From an uncultured Chloroflexia bacterium (GTDB lineage Bacteria > Chloroflexota > Anaerolineae > CG2-30-64-16): a stretch of 64,000 bases of DNA. Of this stretch, positions 9,767 through 21,995 are shown piece after piece (position 1 is the stretch's first letter; every line of letters starts with the position of its first letter). The stretch covers positions 160,001 to 224,000 of the forward strand of contig CAWEMM010000006.1 in NCBI GenBank assembly GCA_963810095.1, read 5' to 3'. The translations under genes and the position numbers were made by a program. Below the pieces are notes generated by a model, which had not been told where the DNA came from, searched no databases, and saw only the letters and a list, made by a program, of their open reading frames with translations.

Positions 9767-10484
9767 GTGACTCAGACCAGCGAGATTGCCGACCTCCCCG
9801 CGCTTCGCCGCCGCGAGTTCCTGCTTGGCGTGCGCGACGAAGCCCCGATTCTGCTAGGCGTCGCGCCGTTCGGCGTCATTTTCGGCGCCCTCGCAGTGGC
9901 GGCGCACCTCCCGGCCGCAGCGGCGCAGGCGATGTCTTCGATCATCTTCGCGGGCTCGGCCCAGTTCATCGCGGCCCAGCTTTTCGGCGCCGGCGGCATC
10001 GGGCGCGGTCATCGTACTGGTGGTGTTCGTCGTGAACTTGCGCCACGCGCTGTACAGTGCGTCGGTGGCCCCCCATCTGAAGCACCTGGGCCCGGCTTGG
10101 AAAGCCCTGCTCGCGTACCTGCTTACGGACGAGGCTTATGCGGTCGTCATCATGCACTACAACAAGCCCGGCGACGCGTCGCGCAGGCACTGGTACTTCC
10201 TGGGGGCGGGGCTGACGCTGTGGGCCTGCTGGCAGATCAGCACGGCCGCGGGGATCCTCCTGGGCGCGCGCATCCCGGCCGACTGGCCGCTCGGATTCAT
10301 GCTTCCGCTGACCTTCATTGCACTCGTCGTCCCGACGCTGCGCGAGCGGCCCATGATTGCGGCTGCGGCCAGCGCGGGCATCGCCGGCTACCTCACGACC
10401 GCATTTCCGCTGAAGACCGGGATTCTCTTCGCCGCCCTGATCGGGATTGCGGTTGGGATGCTCGTAGAGAAGGCTCGGCGATGA
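9767..10484 (+). CDS. azlC: AzlC-family branched-chain amino acid exporter permease; frameshift at ~9995
   Basis: N-half [10 protein letters not shown]...IFAGSAQF lies in ORF 9767; C-half VNLRHALYS...LLTDEAYA lies in ORF 10020..10484. Confidence 0.88.
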
Positions 10485-10804
10485 GTACATGGCTGACGAT
10501 CTGTGTCGCAGGCCTACTAACGTACGGCATCCGGCTGTCGTTCATTTACCTTTCCGGGCGAGTGACCATGCCCGACTGGTTCATGCGGGCGCTCCGCTAC
10601 GTCCCGGCCGCGGTGTTGTCCGCGATCATCGTGCCGGAAACCCTGACCTGGCAGGGGACGACCGGCCTGGACTGGCGCAACCCGCAGTTGTGGGCCGCGA
10701 CCGTCGCAATCCTGGTGGGGCTGCGCGTGCGAAATGTGCTGGCGATCATCGCGGCGGGCGTGGCCGCGTTCCTGTTCGCCAGTTGGCTGCTCGCCCAACT
10801 GTGA
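10481..10804 (+). CDS. azlD: AzlD-domain protein
   Basis: [21 protein letters not shown]...[15 protein letters not shown]; ATGA overlap with the azlC stop. Confidence 0.88.
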   Translation: MSTWLTICVAGLLTYGIRLSFIYLSGRVTMPDWFMRALRYVPAAVLSAIIVPETLTWQGTTGLDWRNPQLWAATVAILVGLRVRNVLAIIAAGVAAFLFASWLLAQL

Positions 10805-10814
10805 CATAGCGGAA

Positions 10815-10888
10815 ACCGCAAAGGCTCGAAGACACGACGCTTCACAAAGCTCTTCAAGAGGCTTCGTGTCTGCGAGCCGCTGTGGTAA
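10815..10888. repeat. Dispersed palindromic repeat (RCACRAAG-unit family)
   Basis: CCGCAAAGGCTCGAAGACACGA...CTTCGTGTCTGCGAGCCGCTGTGG between the convergent azlD and metY genes. Confidence 0.6.
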
Positions 10889-10909
10889 TGAAGCCGGTGC
10901 CGGCAGGCA

Positions 10910-12222
<1,313 letters not shown>

Positions 12223-12225
12223 CTA

Positions 12226-12263
12226 ACAAAAGCGCCCCCTCACATTCGACTGTGAGAGGGCGT
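12226..12263 (-). terminator. Intrinsic terminator in the metY leader (riboswitch expression platform)
   Basis: Minus strand ACGCCCTCTCACA-GTCGAA-TGTGAGGGGGCGC followed by TTTTGTT. Confidence 0.7.
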
Positions 12264-12349
12264 CAACGGCACGCTGTGCCGCGGTCGCGCTGCCTGGTTA
12301 AGCAAAACATCCCCTGTGCGGGGATGAGCAGGAAGCAGCAAACAAACCT

Positions 12350-12493
12350 CCTCTCATCTTCCAGAACCAAGACTTGCAGTCGCAAGTCCTCTGCCGGAGT
12401 TGGCACCCTAGCCCATTGCGGCTAATCACTGCCGCATGGCGCCGGGTTGTCGAGGCATCGTCGGGCCGGTCCCTCCGCCTCTCTGGATGAGAA
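12350..12493 (-). ncRNA. SAM-I (S-box) riboswitch
   Basis: Minus strand TTCTCATCCAGAGAGGCGGAGGGACCGGCCCGACGATGCCTCGACAACC...GGTGCCAACTCCGGCAG...CTGGAAGATGAGAGG matches the SAM-I consensus and lies upstream of metY. Confidence 0.95.
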
Positions 12494-12518
12494 ATCCATC
12501 TATTCGGTTGTGGGCGAG

Positions 12519-12547
12519 ACTATAGCAGACGTCACATTGGATGTCAA
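12519..12547 (-). promoter_or_regulatory. Sigma70-type promoter for the riboswitch-metY transcript
   Basis: TTGACA-17 bp-TATAGT on the minus strand. Confidence 0.8.
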
Positions 12548-12796
12548 GCCGTAAGAACGGGTGCAGGTGAGCTTTTCCAAAGTCGCGCCCGCGTCTGACC
12601 GCGGTACGAGGTACGTCGGGCCGCGGCGAGGGCGGGACAGACGAAGCGGCCTTTCTTTGTTAGTTTTGTGGTGAGGAAACCCAAAACGACAGCCGTCCGC
12701 CCGATCGAGACCGAGCTGCCCGATCGTGACTCTTAATCGTTGACCTCGCCAAGGTGACAGTACAGGCCCGGCGCTTCGTGCCCTGGGCAAAGTAAT

Positions 12797-12831
12797 GGGG
12801 GCCGCCTCGTCGTACACTTGAGGCGGCCCCC
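12797..12831 (-). terminator. GC-rich hairpin downstream of the repeat surface protein gene
   Basis: GGGGGCCGCCTC-loop-GAGGCGGCCCCC about 40 bp past the stop at 12868; weak U-tract. Confidence 0.55.
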
Positions 12832-12867
12832 AACTCAGGTTATCAGGCCCGGAAAGGTGTTAGCCTC

Positions 12868-15800
12868 TCAGGGCTTGACGATGTCCCAGAACGGGATGTT
12901 GGCCCACAGGCGGGCATTCTTGCTGTCTGCCGACGTGCCCGGCGTGAAGGTCGAGCTGTCGCCGCCGCTGTTGAAGGAGGCAGATTGCTGTTGGGCAGTC
13001 TGCATTGCCTTCGTGTTCGTGCCGCACAGCGCGCTTTCCCACTGGACAAACATGCCGCTTCCACCGGCCGGCACGCTGCCAAACGCCGAGGCGTTGAGTT
13101 CAGCGGCCAGCAGCTGCTGGAGGAGCTGCATGCGCGACTGGTCGATCGAGCTGCGCTTGGCGCCCGTCGAGAGCTTGGCGATGTCGGCCCAGAAGCCGCC
13201 CATCAGCTCATTCTGGCCAGCGAGCATCTGGCTGTCGACTGGGCGACCACAGATTAGCTGGTCGCCGATGCCCGTCGTCGCTACCACGCCGGGGAAGGTG
13301 TGCCCGTACTTGGTTCCACCGTCCCACGCGATCTGGGCCAGTTGCGGATGCGTGGCCCAGAAGCCTTGAGTGCGGGTGGCGCCGTTACCGGTGTTCTCAA
13401 ACGTGCACGTGACCGTGTCGCCGTTCTTCAGGCTGATCGTGGCGATCTGGGTGTTCAGGTCGCCGACGCCAGTGCTGCCACCCGAGCCCGTAACCACGCA
13501 GTTGTACGGGGTATTGGGATCGGTGGAGCCGCCGATGCCGGTCAGCGTCCAGCCGAGCTGCGTGCCTTCCTTGACCGTGTAGGCGCCGGCGTTCAACGTC
13601 TGAGTGTTCTTGTTGCCGCCGTTCGTCGTCGCGCCGGTCAGGGTGAAGCCGTTGTAGCCCGAGCCGGATGTCGTAAAGGCGAAGCTGCCCTGAGCGGGTT
13701 TCGCGTTCTTGATCACGATGATCGTGCCCGGCTGGTCGTTGTTCGTGATCGTGCAGGTCACGTTCTCGTCCTTGCCAACCTGGACGGACCCGTTGTTGAA
13801 CGTCGGTACAACCGTTCCGGCCGCGCCCGTGCAGGACCACGTGCCTTCGGTGTAGCCGTAGACATCGCTCTCCTTAAGCGTGTAGCTGCCGGTGACGACC
13901 GTGATCGTCTGGCTCGTGTAGGTCGTGGTCGTCCCGTTCGCCACGCCGGAATCGAAGGTCAGGCTGCCGGCATTGGTGTTGAGGCCAAAAGCGCTCACCG
14001 TGGCCGTGCCGCCGTTATCGTTCACGACCTTCTTGACGATCGTCAGCGTGCCGCGGTCACGAGTGATCGAGTTGCCGACGGTGATGCTGAACGTGCCACC
14101 CTTGGTGTCGATCGTGACTGACGCCGGGCTGTAGCTGATCGTGCCCCAGGTGTAGCCCGGGATGACCGCCGGCGCGACTTCCGTGACCGTGCAGGTATTG
14201 CCGGTCGGGATGCCGTTGACCGTGGCCGGGCTGCCCGGTGCGACCGACACGGAGCCGGTGTAGCCGGTCCCGCAGTCATAGTTGACCGTGAAGCTGGCCG
14301 GAACGCTCGCGCCATCCGGGTTGCTCAGGGTCTTGAGGACCTTCAGCGAGCCCGTGTCGCGCGTCAGGGTATTGTTGGTCGTCACCGTGACGCTCGAGCC
14401 GTTACCGGACGGAATGGTGACCGTGTCGGACGGGCTGAAGGCCGGCGTGCCGAAGCTGTAGCCGGTCGGCGCTGCCGGCAGGGTCTCGCTCACGGTGCAG
14501 GACGTTCCGGTCGGGATGCCTGACACTGTCTGCGAGCCGCCCGCAGCAACCGAAACGCTGCCCGTGTAACCCGTACCGCAGTCATAGTTGATCGTGAACG
14601 GGCCGGTGTAGCCCGCAGGGCCGCCGGTCAGGCTCTTGGCCAGCACCAGGCTGCCGGTGTCGCGGGTGATCGAGTTCGCAACGGTCAGCTGGAATGTGCT
14701 CGTCGTGTCGGCGATCACGACCGAGGCCGGCGTGACGGTCGGCGTGCCCCACGTGTAGCCGGCGATCGGCGCCAGGGCCGCTTCGCTGACCGTGCAGGTA
14801 TTGCCGGTCGGGATGCCGCTGACGCGTCTGCGAGCCGCCCGCAGCGACCGAAACGCTGCCGGTGTAACCCGTGCCACAGTCATAGTTGATCGTGAACGAC
14901 GCCGGAACGCTCGCGCCGTCCGGGTTGCTCAGGGTCTTGGCGATCTTGAGCGCGCCGCGGTCGCGGGTGATCGAGTTCGCAACGGTCAGCTGGAACGTGC
15001 TCGTCGTATCGGCGATCACGACCGAGGCCGGTGAGACACTCGGCGTACCCCACGTGTAGCCGGCGATCGGCGCCAGGGCCGCTTCGCTGACGGTGCAAGT
15101 GTTGCCGGTCGGGATGCCGCTGACGGTCTGCGAGCCGCCCGCAGCGACCGAAACGCTGCCGGTGTAGCCCGTGCCACAGTCATAGTTGATCGTGAACGAA
15201 GCCGGAACGGTCGCGCCGTCCGGGTTGCTCAGGGTCTTGGCGATCTTGAGCGCGCCGCGGTCCCGGGTGATCGAGTTCGCAACGGTCAGTTGGAACGTGC
15301 TCGTCGTATCGGCGATCACGACCGAGGCCGGTGAGACGCTCGGTGCGCCCCACGTGTAGCCGGCGATCGGCGCCAGGGCCGCTTCGCTGACTGTGCAGGT
15401 GTTGCCAACGGGGATGCCGCTGACGGTCTGTGAGCCGCCCGCAGCGACCGCAACGTTACCGGTGTAGCCCGTGCCGCAGTCATAGTTGATCGTGAACGAA
15501 GCCGGGACGCTCGCGCCGTCAGGGTTGCTCAGGGTCTTCGCGATCTTGAGCGCGCCGAGCAACTGCGACAGCGAGTTGTTCGTCGTCACAGTGACGGTGG
15601 TGCCCTCGCCGATCGTCACCGTGCTTGCAGGACTGAACGTCGGTGTGCCGAACGTGTAGCCCGCCGGCGCGCTGGGCGGCGTCTCAGAGACCGTGCAGAC
15701 GGAACCAGACGGGATGCCGTTGATCGTCTGCGAGCTGCCTGCGCTGATCGTAACGGAACCTACGGTCCCGTCCGTGCAGCTGTAGTTGATGGTGAACGGG

Positions 15801-16984
15801 CCGGTGTAGCCGTTCGGGCCGCCGGTCAGGCTCTTGGCGAGCGTGAGATTGCCCGGCTGAACGACGACCGCGGCAGCCATCGACTTGTCGGTGTTGCCCA
15901 GGTTAGGCAAGCTGGGTCCCCAGCTAATGAGGCGCATGTGATACGGCGAGCCGCTAATCCCGCCTGCCGAGTTACAGGTGCCGTTGGTCGTGCCCCAGAC
16001 CGAACACTGCGAAATATGCCCAGCCCATGCCAGGACCGCGGTCGGATTGTCAGGGGTAAACGTTACGGAGATCTGCGTCTCGGACTGGTTCGCGGTCAGG
16101 CTGCCCTCCGATACATACGCGATCGCGCCAATCGTACCGCCGAAGAGGGTCATCACCCGTTCGGCTGCGGGCAGAGCGTTAAAGCTCGCCGTAGGCTGGC
16201 CCGCCACCGGCGAGCCTGCGGAGCTCGGGGCGGGGATGGGGAACGTGCTGGTGGTCGCCGAGAAGCCGGTCACCCCGTCGGTCGGGAACACGGTCTCGGC
16301 GGGGTGTCCGAAATAGGCGTGCGGCTCGAGGCGCTGATATTGCGTCAGGTAGTCGTAGGCGTTCGCTCCGCTGTTGCGGATGTCATAGCCGATGACCAAC
16401 GTGATCGGGTTGCCCGTGGGCAGGTTCGTCATCACCGCCCGGAACGGCGTCGAGTAACCTTCGAGCATGTGCGCCTGCGAAGCGCCAACGTTGCCGTTTA
16501 CCCAACCCGTGTTTCCGCCGAAGTCCTTACAGTCGTTCGGACTGGAAGCGCTGCCGTTGCGGCACTGGTCGAGATCGACGGATGCGGGAGCATCGGTGAA
16601 GGCCGTGGTCGCGCTGCCCGAGGTCGGGCCGGTCGCGGTCACATCGTAATCGGAAACGAAGTAACTGGGCAGTTGGAAGACATCACTGAGGGTGCCGTCC
16701 GCTGCCGCATTAACTGTCACGTCGCGCTGCCAGGTTTGCCCGATCGTGTCATTCGTGACGATACGGACTGCCTCGCCCGCTGCCCAGCCGGCGCCGGTTA
16801 AGGTCACGGTTGAGCCAGCGCTGTAATCCGCTTTATCGCTTGCGATCGAGGCCCCTGAGGGTGATGGCCCCGCGAAGACGGCCCCGCCGGGAAGCAGGGC
16901 GCCTAACACCATGACCAGAGTTATCAACATGTTCAGCCCGAACATGCGCGGACGCCTACCTGTACTGTTTCTTTCGAAACGCAT
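12868..16984 (-). CDS. Large secreted repeat surface protein (~1370 aa) with tandem ~100-aa Ig/prealbumin-like (DUF5979-like) repeats; frameshift at 14825
   Basis: Start MRFERN at 16984 after AGGAGG, followed by a signal peptide. Repeat unit G(A/S)LKIAKTL...FTINYDC...V(S/N)GIPxGNTCTVSE...TVANSITRD. ORFs 14582..17068 and 12868..14883 join after removing one C (TGACGCGTCTG versus TGACGGTCTG in sister repeats). Confidence 0.88.
14050..15855 (-). repeat. Six tandem ~300-bp coding repeats (order A-B-B-B-A'-B')
   Basis: CATAGTTGATCGTGAACG recurs at 14583, 14881, 15181 and 15481, with diverged copies near 14277 and 15781. The three B copies are nearly identical. Confidence 0.9.
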
Positions 16985-17452
16985 CTGATCCCTCCTAAAC
17001 TCACTAAAAGGCTGCGGCTGCATCGATCGCTCTGTTCTGCCCGTGGTCACCAACTCTTGCATCATCATTCGAGTTCATCGGCGATTCTCATATCCTCACC
17101 CAGGGATCTTCGTATCCGCGCGCCCTGGTGCGCCACGACGGTTCGGTCGAAACCCTGCACGCTGTCGAGGCTGGCTGCATGCGAGGTAAGCCCGGCCGCG
17201 GAGTTTGGCCAGTCGACCCGCCCGCCTGCAATCGGACCCGGAGTACGCCCAAAGCGGTTCGCGGCGAGTGCGTAGCTCGCACCTCCTGTGAGCTACCCCC
17301 TAGCAGTTTCTGGACGCAATATCGTTTGGCCGGGTCCATAAAGGCGCGCTGGAAAGGCTCCAGCGCCGCCGTCAATCAGGATAGAGAGACTGAAGCCGCG
17401 AGGCAATACGTCTGGGGATGAGGTTCAGGATGATTTTTCGGCGGTGACGCGG

Positions 17453-18094
17453 TTAATACCCGGGTCCGTGTTGGCTGGCCCAGCCGACCAGATCCGACCG
17501 GCTCTTCATCCCCAGCTTCTCGAGGATGTGCGAGACATGGGTCTTGACGGTGTTTTCTGAAATGACCAGGCGGGCGGCGATTTCGCCGTTGTCCGCGCCA
17601 TGCACCAGCAGTCCGACGACTTCTTGTTCCCGTGGAGTTAAGCTCGCCTCGAACGCCGGTCGCATCTGGATCCCGCGCAGAATCTCGATGACCTTCGGCG
17701 TAGCAAGGTTGCAGAGCGCCGCGTGCCCCTGATGCACCTGCTGTATAACATCGAACAGGGAATCGGCGTCCGCATTCTTCATGACGTACCCTCTGGCCCC
17801 CGCCTGAATGGCCGCAACCAGGTCCGCGCTCTCTTCAGAGGCGGTGAGCACCACAACCCCGAGGTCGGGGCGGCAGGCAAGCAATTGCGGAATGACCTGG
17901 ATGCCCGATGTTTCCGGCATGCGCAGGTCGACGATGGCCACGTCGGGATTGGCGTCGGCTAACAGGGCCAGCGCCTCGCGACCAGATGCGGCCATCGCCA
18001 CGACCTTGAAGGCGGGCTCACTCTCCAAAAGGCTTGCCAGGCCCTGGCGGAACAGGCGATGATCGTCTACGATCAGGAGATTAATGCGCTCCAT
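17453..18094 (-). CDS. NarL/LuxR-family response regulator
   Basis: Start MERINLLIVDDH at 18094; DVAIVDLRMP, GYVMK, LTPREQEV...ENTVKTHVSHILEKL. Confidence 0.95.
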   Translation of the reverse strand: MERINLLIVDDHRLFRQGLASLLESEPAFKVVAMAASGREALALLADANPDVAIVDLRMPETSGIQVIPQLLACRPDLGVVVLTASEESADLVAAIQAGARGYVMKNADADSLFDVIQQVHQGHAALCNLATPKVIEILRGIQMRPAFEASLTPREQEVVGLLVHGADNGEIAARLVISENTVKTHVSHILEKLGMKSRSDLVGWASQHGPGY

Positions 18095-19935
18095 GGCTCC
18101 TCCTTGCGGCGCTGACCTTGCGTCGGCGCCGGAACAGTGACATCTACAGTCGTACCTTCGCCGGGGCGACTTATCAGTCGCAGTTCGCCCCCGATCGACT
18201 GCACGCGCTGGCGCATGATTCGCAGACCGAAGTGCTCGCCGGCGTCGTTCTGGGGTGGCAGACCCGCGCCGTCGTCCCGGACGCTCAATTCGACGGCAAC
18301 CGTCGATTGGCGCAGGGTGACGCAAACGTGCTCGGCCTGTGCGTGCCGGTGCGCGTTGTTGAGCGCCTCTTGGACGATCCTAAACAGCTGGCCCTGGATC
18401 TCAGGTGGGAGTTGGATTTCGGGCCCCAAATCGAGCGAAACTGCCAGGCCGGTGCGCCCCGTGAAGACTCGGCAGTAGTTCTGAAGCGACTGGGCGAGGT
18501 CGTCCCCTTCCTCTCGGCTGCCACTCAGGTCGAGAATCATCCTGCGCACTTCGTCGTACACTTCCTGGCTGCCCACGCGCAGTTCTTGAAGGGCCGCGTC
18601 GGCTCCAGGCACGTCGCCGCGGCTCAGCAGGCGCTGCACTTGCTGCACCTTGAAGTTGTAGAATGCCAGGGCTTGCGCTACGCCGTCATGCACCTCGCGC
18701 GCCAGGTGATTCCGCTCTTCAAGCACCGCCTGGCTTTCCAGGCGGCCAAATAACTGAGCGTTCCGGATCACCAGAGCCATCATGGTCGCGACGGTATCGA
18801 GGATGCTGGGATGCGGAAGGTGCACCGCGGAGTGCGACGCGAGAACGAGCACACCCAGCACCTGGTCCTCGCTCGCGATTGGCAATGACAGCACATAGGG
18901 CGCCGAGAGCGAGCTACCCGCTGCTCCAACGCCGGACGGCGCCCCCGGCATGCGCCCAGTCAGTGCCGTCAAGTTCGCTGCGTCTTCGAGCAGCGTAGCG
19001 CAGGCATCCGCGTTCGGCCAGGCCGCCGCGCACGACAGCCGCTGCTCCGGGCCCTCGTCGCTCAGCAGGTATACCGCCGCGGCCGCAAGCGGATGCTCGG
19101 CGGCAATATCGGCCAGGATGTGCTCAAAAGTTGGCACCAGACCGGTTTGTTCGGTGACGATATTCCGCTGCACCTGCCGAAGCAACTGGCGCTCGTGCGC
19201 ACGAGAGCTCGCCCGGTCGAGCGCCAGGGCCAGGCCGGCGGCCAGCGGCTCGAGCGTTTCGGCCACGTCCGGCGGCACGACGGAGCCCTGGGGCACGTAG
19301 ACAGCCATCATCACCCGTCGCGCCGCTTCATGTGACAGCGAAATGCAAAATGCCAACCGGCGGGGTTCGGCCACATCCGCGATCAGCGCGCGCAGCAGCG
19401 GGCAATCGGCCTGCAGATGACGCTCACTGTCCGACGGGGTGACGCAATCCGGTTGGTCCTGGCGCCTTGCCAGCCCGGCCTGGATGCACGTGACATCGCC
19501 TTCGCTAAAGCCCCTCGTACCGGCGAGGAGCCAAGGACGTCCCGGCCCATCCCGAATGATGAGGGCGGTTGCGGCGCTGGGCAGACCCGCGCGTTGCGGG
19601 ACCGAGAGCGCGATTTGCTGTAGTTCATCCAGGCTGCGCGCCGCGCCGCTTTGGCGGCTCACGTCGTAGAGCACCTTCAGCCGGGTCTCGGCGACGTCCC
19701 GCTCCGCCACCCGCCGCATGAGCCACGTGAGTGCGACGAAGATCAGCAGTGGGCCGACCATCGCGTAGAATATGAGTTCACCAACAAATGCCGCAGGGGG
19801 CACATGCTGATTTAGCAGGCCATGCTCTACTATTTCGTAGGCGATGCCGGCCAGAAAAGTAACCGGGGGAAGAACGCGCCGCAGTAAGCGGAGACGATTG
19901 AACAAGGAACTGGCCTGGCCTGGAACTTCTGCCAT
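18073..19935 (-). CDS. NarX-like sensor histidine kinase (2 TM, GAF domains, HisKA_3, HATPase)
   Basis: EERNHLAREVHDGVAQ H-box, QEALNNAHRHA, VRDDGAG and HFGLRIMRQR. Confidence 0.93.
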   Translation of the reverse strand: MAEVPGQASSLFNRLRLLRRVLPPVTFLAGIAYEIVEHGLLNQHVPPAAFVGELIFYAMVGPLLIFVALTWLMRRVAERDVAETRLKVLYDVSRQSGAARSLDELQQIALSVPQRAGLPSAATALIIRDGPGRPWLLAGTRGFSEGDVTCIQAGLARRQDQPDCVTPSDSERHLQADCPLLRALIADVAEPRRLAFCISLSHEAARRVMMAVYVPQGSVVPPDVAETLEPLAAGLALALDRASSRAHERQLLRQVQRNIVTEQTGLVPTFEHILADIAAEHPLAAAAVYLLSDEGPEQRLSCAAAWPNADACATLLEDAANLTALTGRMPGAPSGVGAAGSSLSAPYVLSLPIASEDQVLGVLVLASHSAVHLPHPSILDTVATMMALVIRNAQLFGRLESQAVLEERNHLAREVHDGVAQALAFYNFKVQQVQRLLSRGDVPGADAALQELRVGSQEVYDEVRRMILDLSGSREEGDDLAQSLQNYCRVFTGRTGLAVSLDLGPEIQLPPEIQGQLFRIVQEALNNAHRHAQAEHVCVTLRQSTVAVELSVRDDGAGLPPQNDAGEHFGLRIMRQRVQSIGGELRLISRPGEGTTVDVTVPAPTQGQRRKEEPWSALIS

Positions 19936-20277
19936 TCAACCCCGTCCAACTCAGACGCAAATTCGATTGCAATGAGGCATGATTTTGCGCGTAGGAAAAT
20001 CAGAATCAGTACACTCTTTCATACACCGTTTTCACCCGGCACTGCGTAGTCTTAGTCACAGAATGAAGCTTTGGATGCCCGTACTTGTCGTCACGAGCGG
20101 GCAAGCAACCGGGTTGCGTCGCGCCCGCGCTAGCCGGTTCGCCTCGTGCCTGCAGCTGTCGTCTTCGAGAAGCGCAGACTCGCTGCCAGTTCGGGTAAAT
20201 CGCGCCTGCGACAGCACTGCTGTTACAATGTGGAGCGGTGCCCGTTGGCCCCGGGGCTCAGTGCGAGGTAAATCGCC

Positions 20278-21885
20278 ATGGAAGCATTCCTCTCAACCGA
20301 AACGCTGGTCATCGAGTTGCTCCTGATCGTATCGCTCGTGGCCATCGCGGTGCGCCGGCTGCGGGTGCCCTACACCGTCGCCCTCGTCCTCGTGGGCCTG
20401 CTGCTTACGACCCAGCAGCCGCTTGACCTGAGCTTCACCCCCGAGCTGATCCTCGCGCTGCTCGTCCCACCACTCGTCTTCGAGGCCGCGTTCCACATCA
20501 ACGTGCGAGAGTTGCAGCGCAACTTGCGGGGCATCCTCCTGCTGACTGTGCCGGGGGTCATCATCACCACGGTCATGGTCGGCTATATCGTGGGCTGGCT
20601 GACGCCGTTGGGCCTGCCGCTGGCGTTTGTGTTCGGGGCGCTGATTTCGGCGACGGACCCGGTGGCGGTGGTGGCGCTTTTCAGGGCGCTTAGCGCGCCC
20701 CGGCGGCTGGCGCTGGTGGTAGAGGCCGAGAGCCTCTTCAACGACGGAACGGCGATCGTCGTCTTTAACCTGGCGATTGCCGCAGCCCTCACGAGCCGAT
20801 TCGATGCACTGGCAGGCGTGGGCCAGTTCCTGCTCGTCGCCGCCGGCGGCCTGAGCATCGGGTTCGTGATCGGTTACCTGATCAGCCGGCTGATCTACCG
20901 CATCGACGACTACCTGATCGAGACCACGCTGACCACGATTGTGGCGTATGGATCCTATTTGCTCGCCGAGCGGCTGCACGTGAGCGGCGTCCTTGCCGTC
21001 GTCGCGGCCGGCCTGGTCGTTGGCAGCATCGGGCCGAAAGGCATGAGCCCGACTACCCGCATCGTCCTGTTCAACTTCTGGGAATACGTCGCCTTCCTCG
21101 CCAACTCGCTGATCTTCATCCTCGTCGGCCTGCAGGTCAGTATCCCGCTGCTGGTAACGTACTGGCAACCGGTGGTGGTCGCGATCCTGGCCGTGCTGGT
21201 CACCCGGGCGGTGGTGGTCTACGGGCTCGGCTGGGTGGGCAACCGGCTGGATCCCCGCTTCGGCGAGCCATTTCCGCAACGCTGGCTGCACGTGCTGAAC
21301 TGGAGCGGGCTGCGCGGCGCGATTGCGTTGGCCTTGGCGTTAAGCCTGCCGGCCGCACTTGGCGAGGGCCGCGAGCTGGTGCAGGTCATGGCGTTCGGGG
21401 TCGTCCTCTTCACCCTGGTCGTGCAGAGCATAACCATGCGCCCGCTGCTGCGGCGGCTCGGCCTTGTCGAGCGCGACCCCGTGCGCCTCGAGTACCAGAC
21501 GCGGCACGCGCGCATGACGGCCTTCCGGGCGGCCGCCCTGCACCTGGACGAGATGCACCGGGAGGGGTTGCTGTCGGAAAACACGTGGGAGGCGCTGCGC
21601 CCCCGGCTGGCGGCCCGGGTGGAACAGTTGGGGCTCGACGTGCGCGGGCTGCAGGCTGCGCACCCCGAGCTGGCGCAGGCGGAGCTCGCCGGCGCACAGC
21701 GCGAGCTGCTGCGGGCGCAGCGGGGCGCGCTCCAGTCGCTACAGCGAGACGGGGCGATTCCGGAAGACGTGTTCGAGGCGCTGGTGAGCGAGGTCGACGC
21801 CGCGCTCATCGCGAGCGTGCAAGCGGGCGAAGAGACGGAACCCGGCCCGGACGCGGTGGGTGAGACACAGTCCGACGATGCTTAA
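20278..21885 (+). CDS. CPA1-family Na+/H+ antiporter
   Basis: FGALISATDPVAV, EAESLFNDG and SGLRGAIALAL motifs; many TM helices. Confidence 0.93.
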   Translation: MEAFLSTETLVIELLLIVSLVAIAVRRLRVPYTVALVLVGLLLTTQQPLDLSFTPELILALLVPPLVFEAAFHINVRELQRNLRGILLLTVPGVIITTVMVGYIVGWLTPLGLPLAFVFGALISATDPVAVVALFRALSAPRRLALVVEAESLFNDGTAIVVFNLAIAAALTSRFDALAGVGQFLLVAAGGLSIGFVIGYLISRLIYRIDDYLIETTLTTIVAYGSYLLAERLHVSGVLAVVAAGLVVGSIGPKGMSPTTRIVLFNFWEYVAFLANSLIFILVGLQVSIPLLVTYWQPVVVAILAVLVTRAVVVYGLGWVGNRLDPRFGEPFPQRWLHVLNWSGLRGAIALALALSLPAALGEGRELVQVMAFGVVLFTLVVQSITMRPLLRRLGLVERDPVRLEYQTRHARMTAFRAAALHLDEMHREGLLSENTWEALRPRLAARVEQLGLDVRGLQAAHPELAQAELAGAQRELLRAQRGALQSLQRDGAIPEDVFEALVSEVDAALIASVQAGEETEPGPDAVGETQSDDA

Positions 21886-21957
21886 GCAGGCGTGAGCCAA
21901 GCTGACAATCGCATCCTTCGACTGCATTCGGAGCGCCCGGCACCCTGACGGGCCGCA

Positions 21958-21986
21958 TTGACGCACGCGGTGCGGGCGGCTATACT
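21958..21986 (+). promoter_or_regulatory. Sigma70-type promoter, near-leaderless transcript for the ABC exporter
   Basis: TTGACG-17 bp-TATACT ending 9 bp before ATG 21996; no SD sequence. Confidence 0.7.
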
Positions 21987-21995
21987 GGCCGCGAC

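Noticed and set aside
12500-12817. 105-aa ORF between the riboswitch promoter and the upstream terminator
   Set aside because: It overlaps the promoter and the hairpin and has no SD or recognisable motif, so it is probably non-coding.
14050-15855. CRISPR array or non-coding repeat
   Set aside because: The units are ~300-bp in-frame coding repeats without unique spacers, and there are no cas genes in the window.
16990-17440. c-di-GMP or other riboswitch upstream of the repeat surface protein
   Set aside because: I could not match the consensus elements by eye; an Infernal/Rfam scan would settle it.
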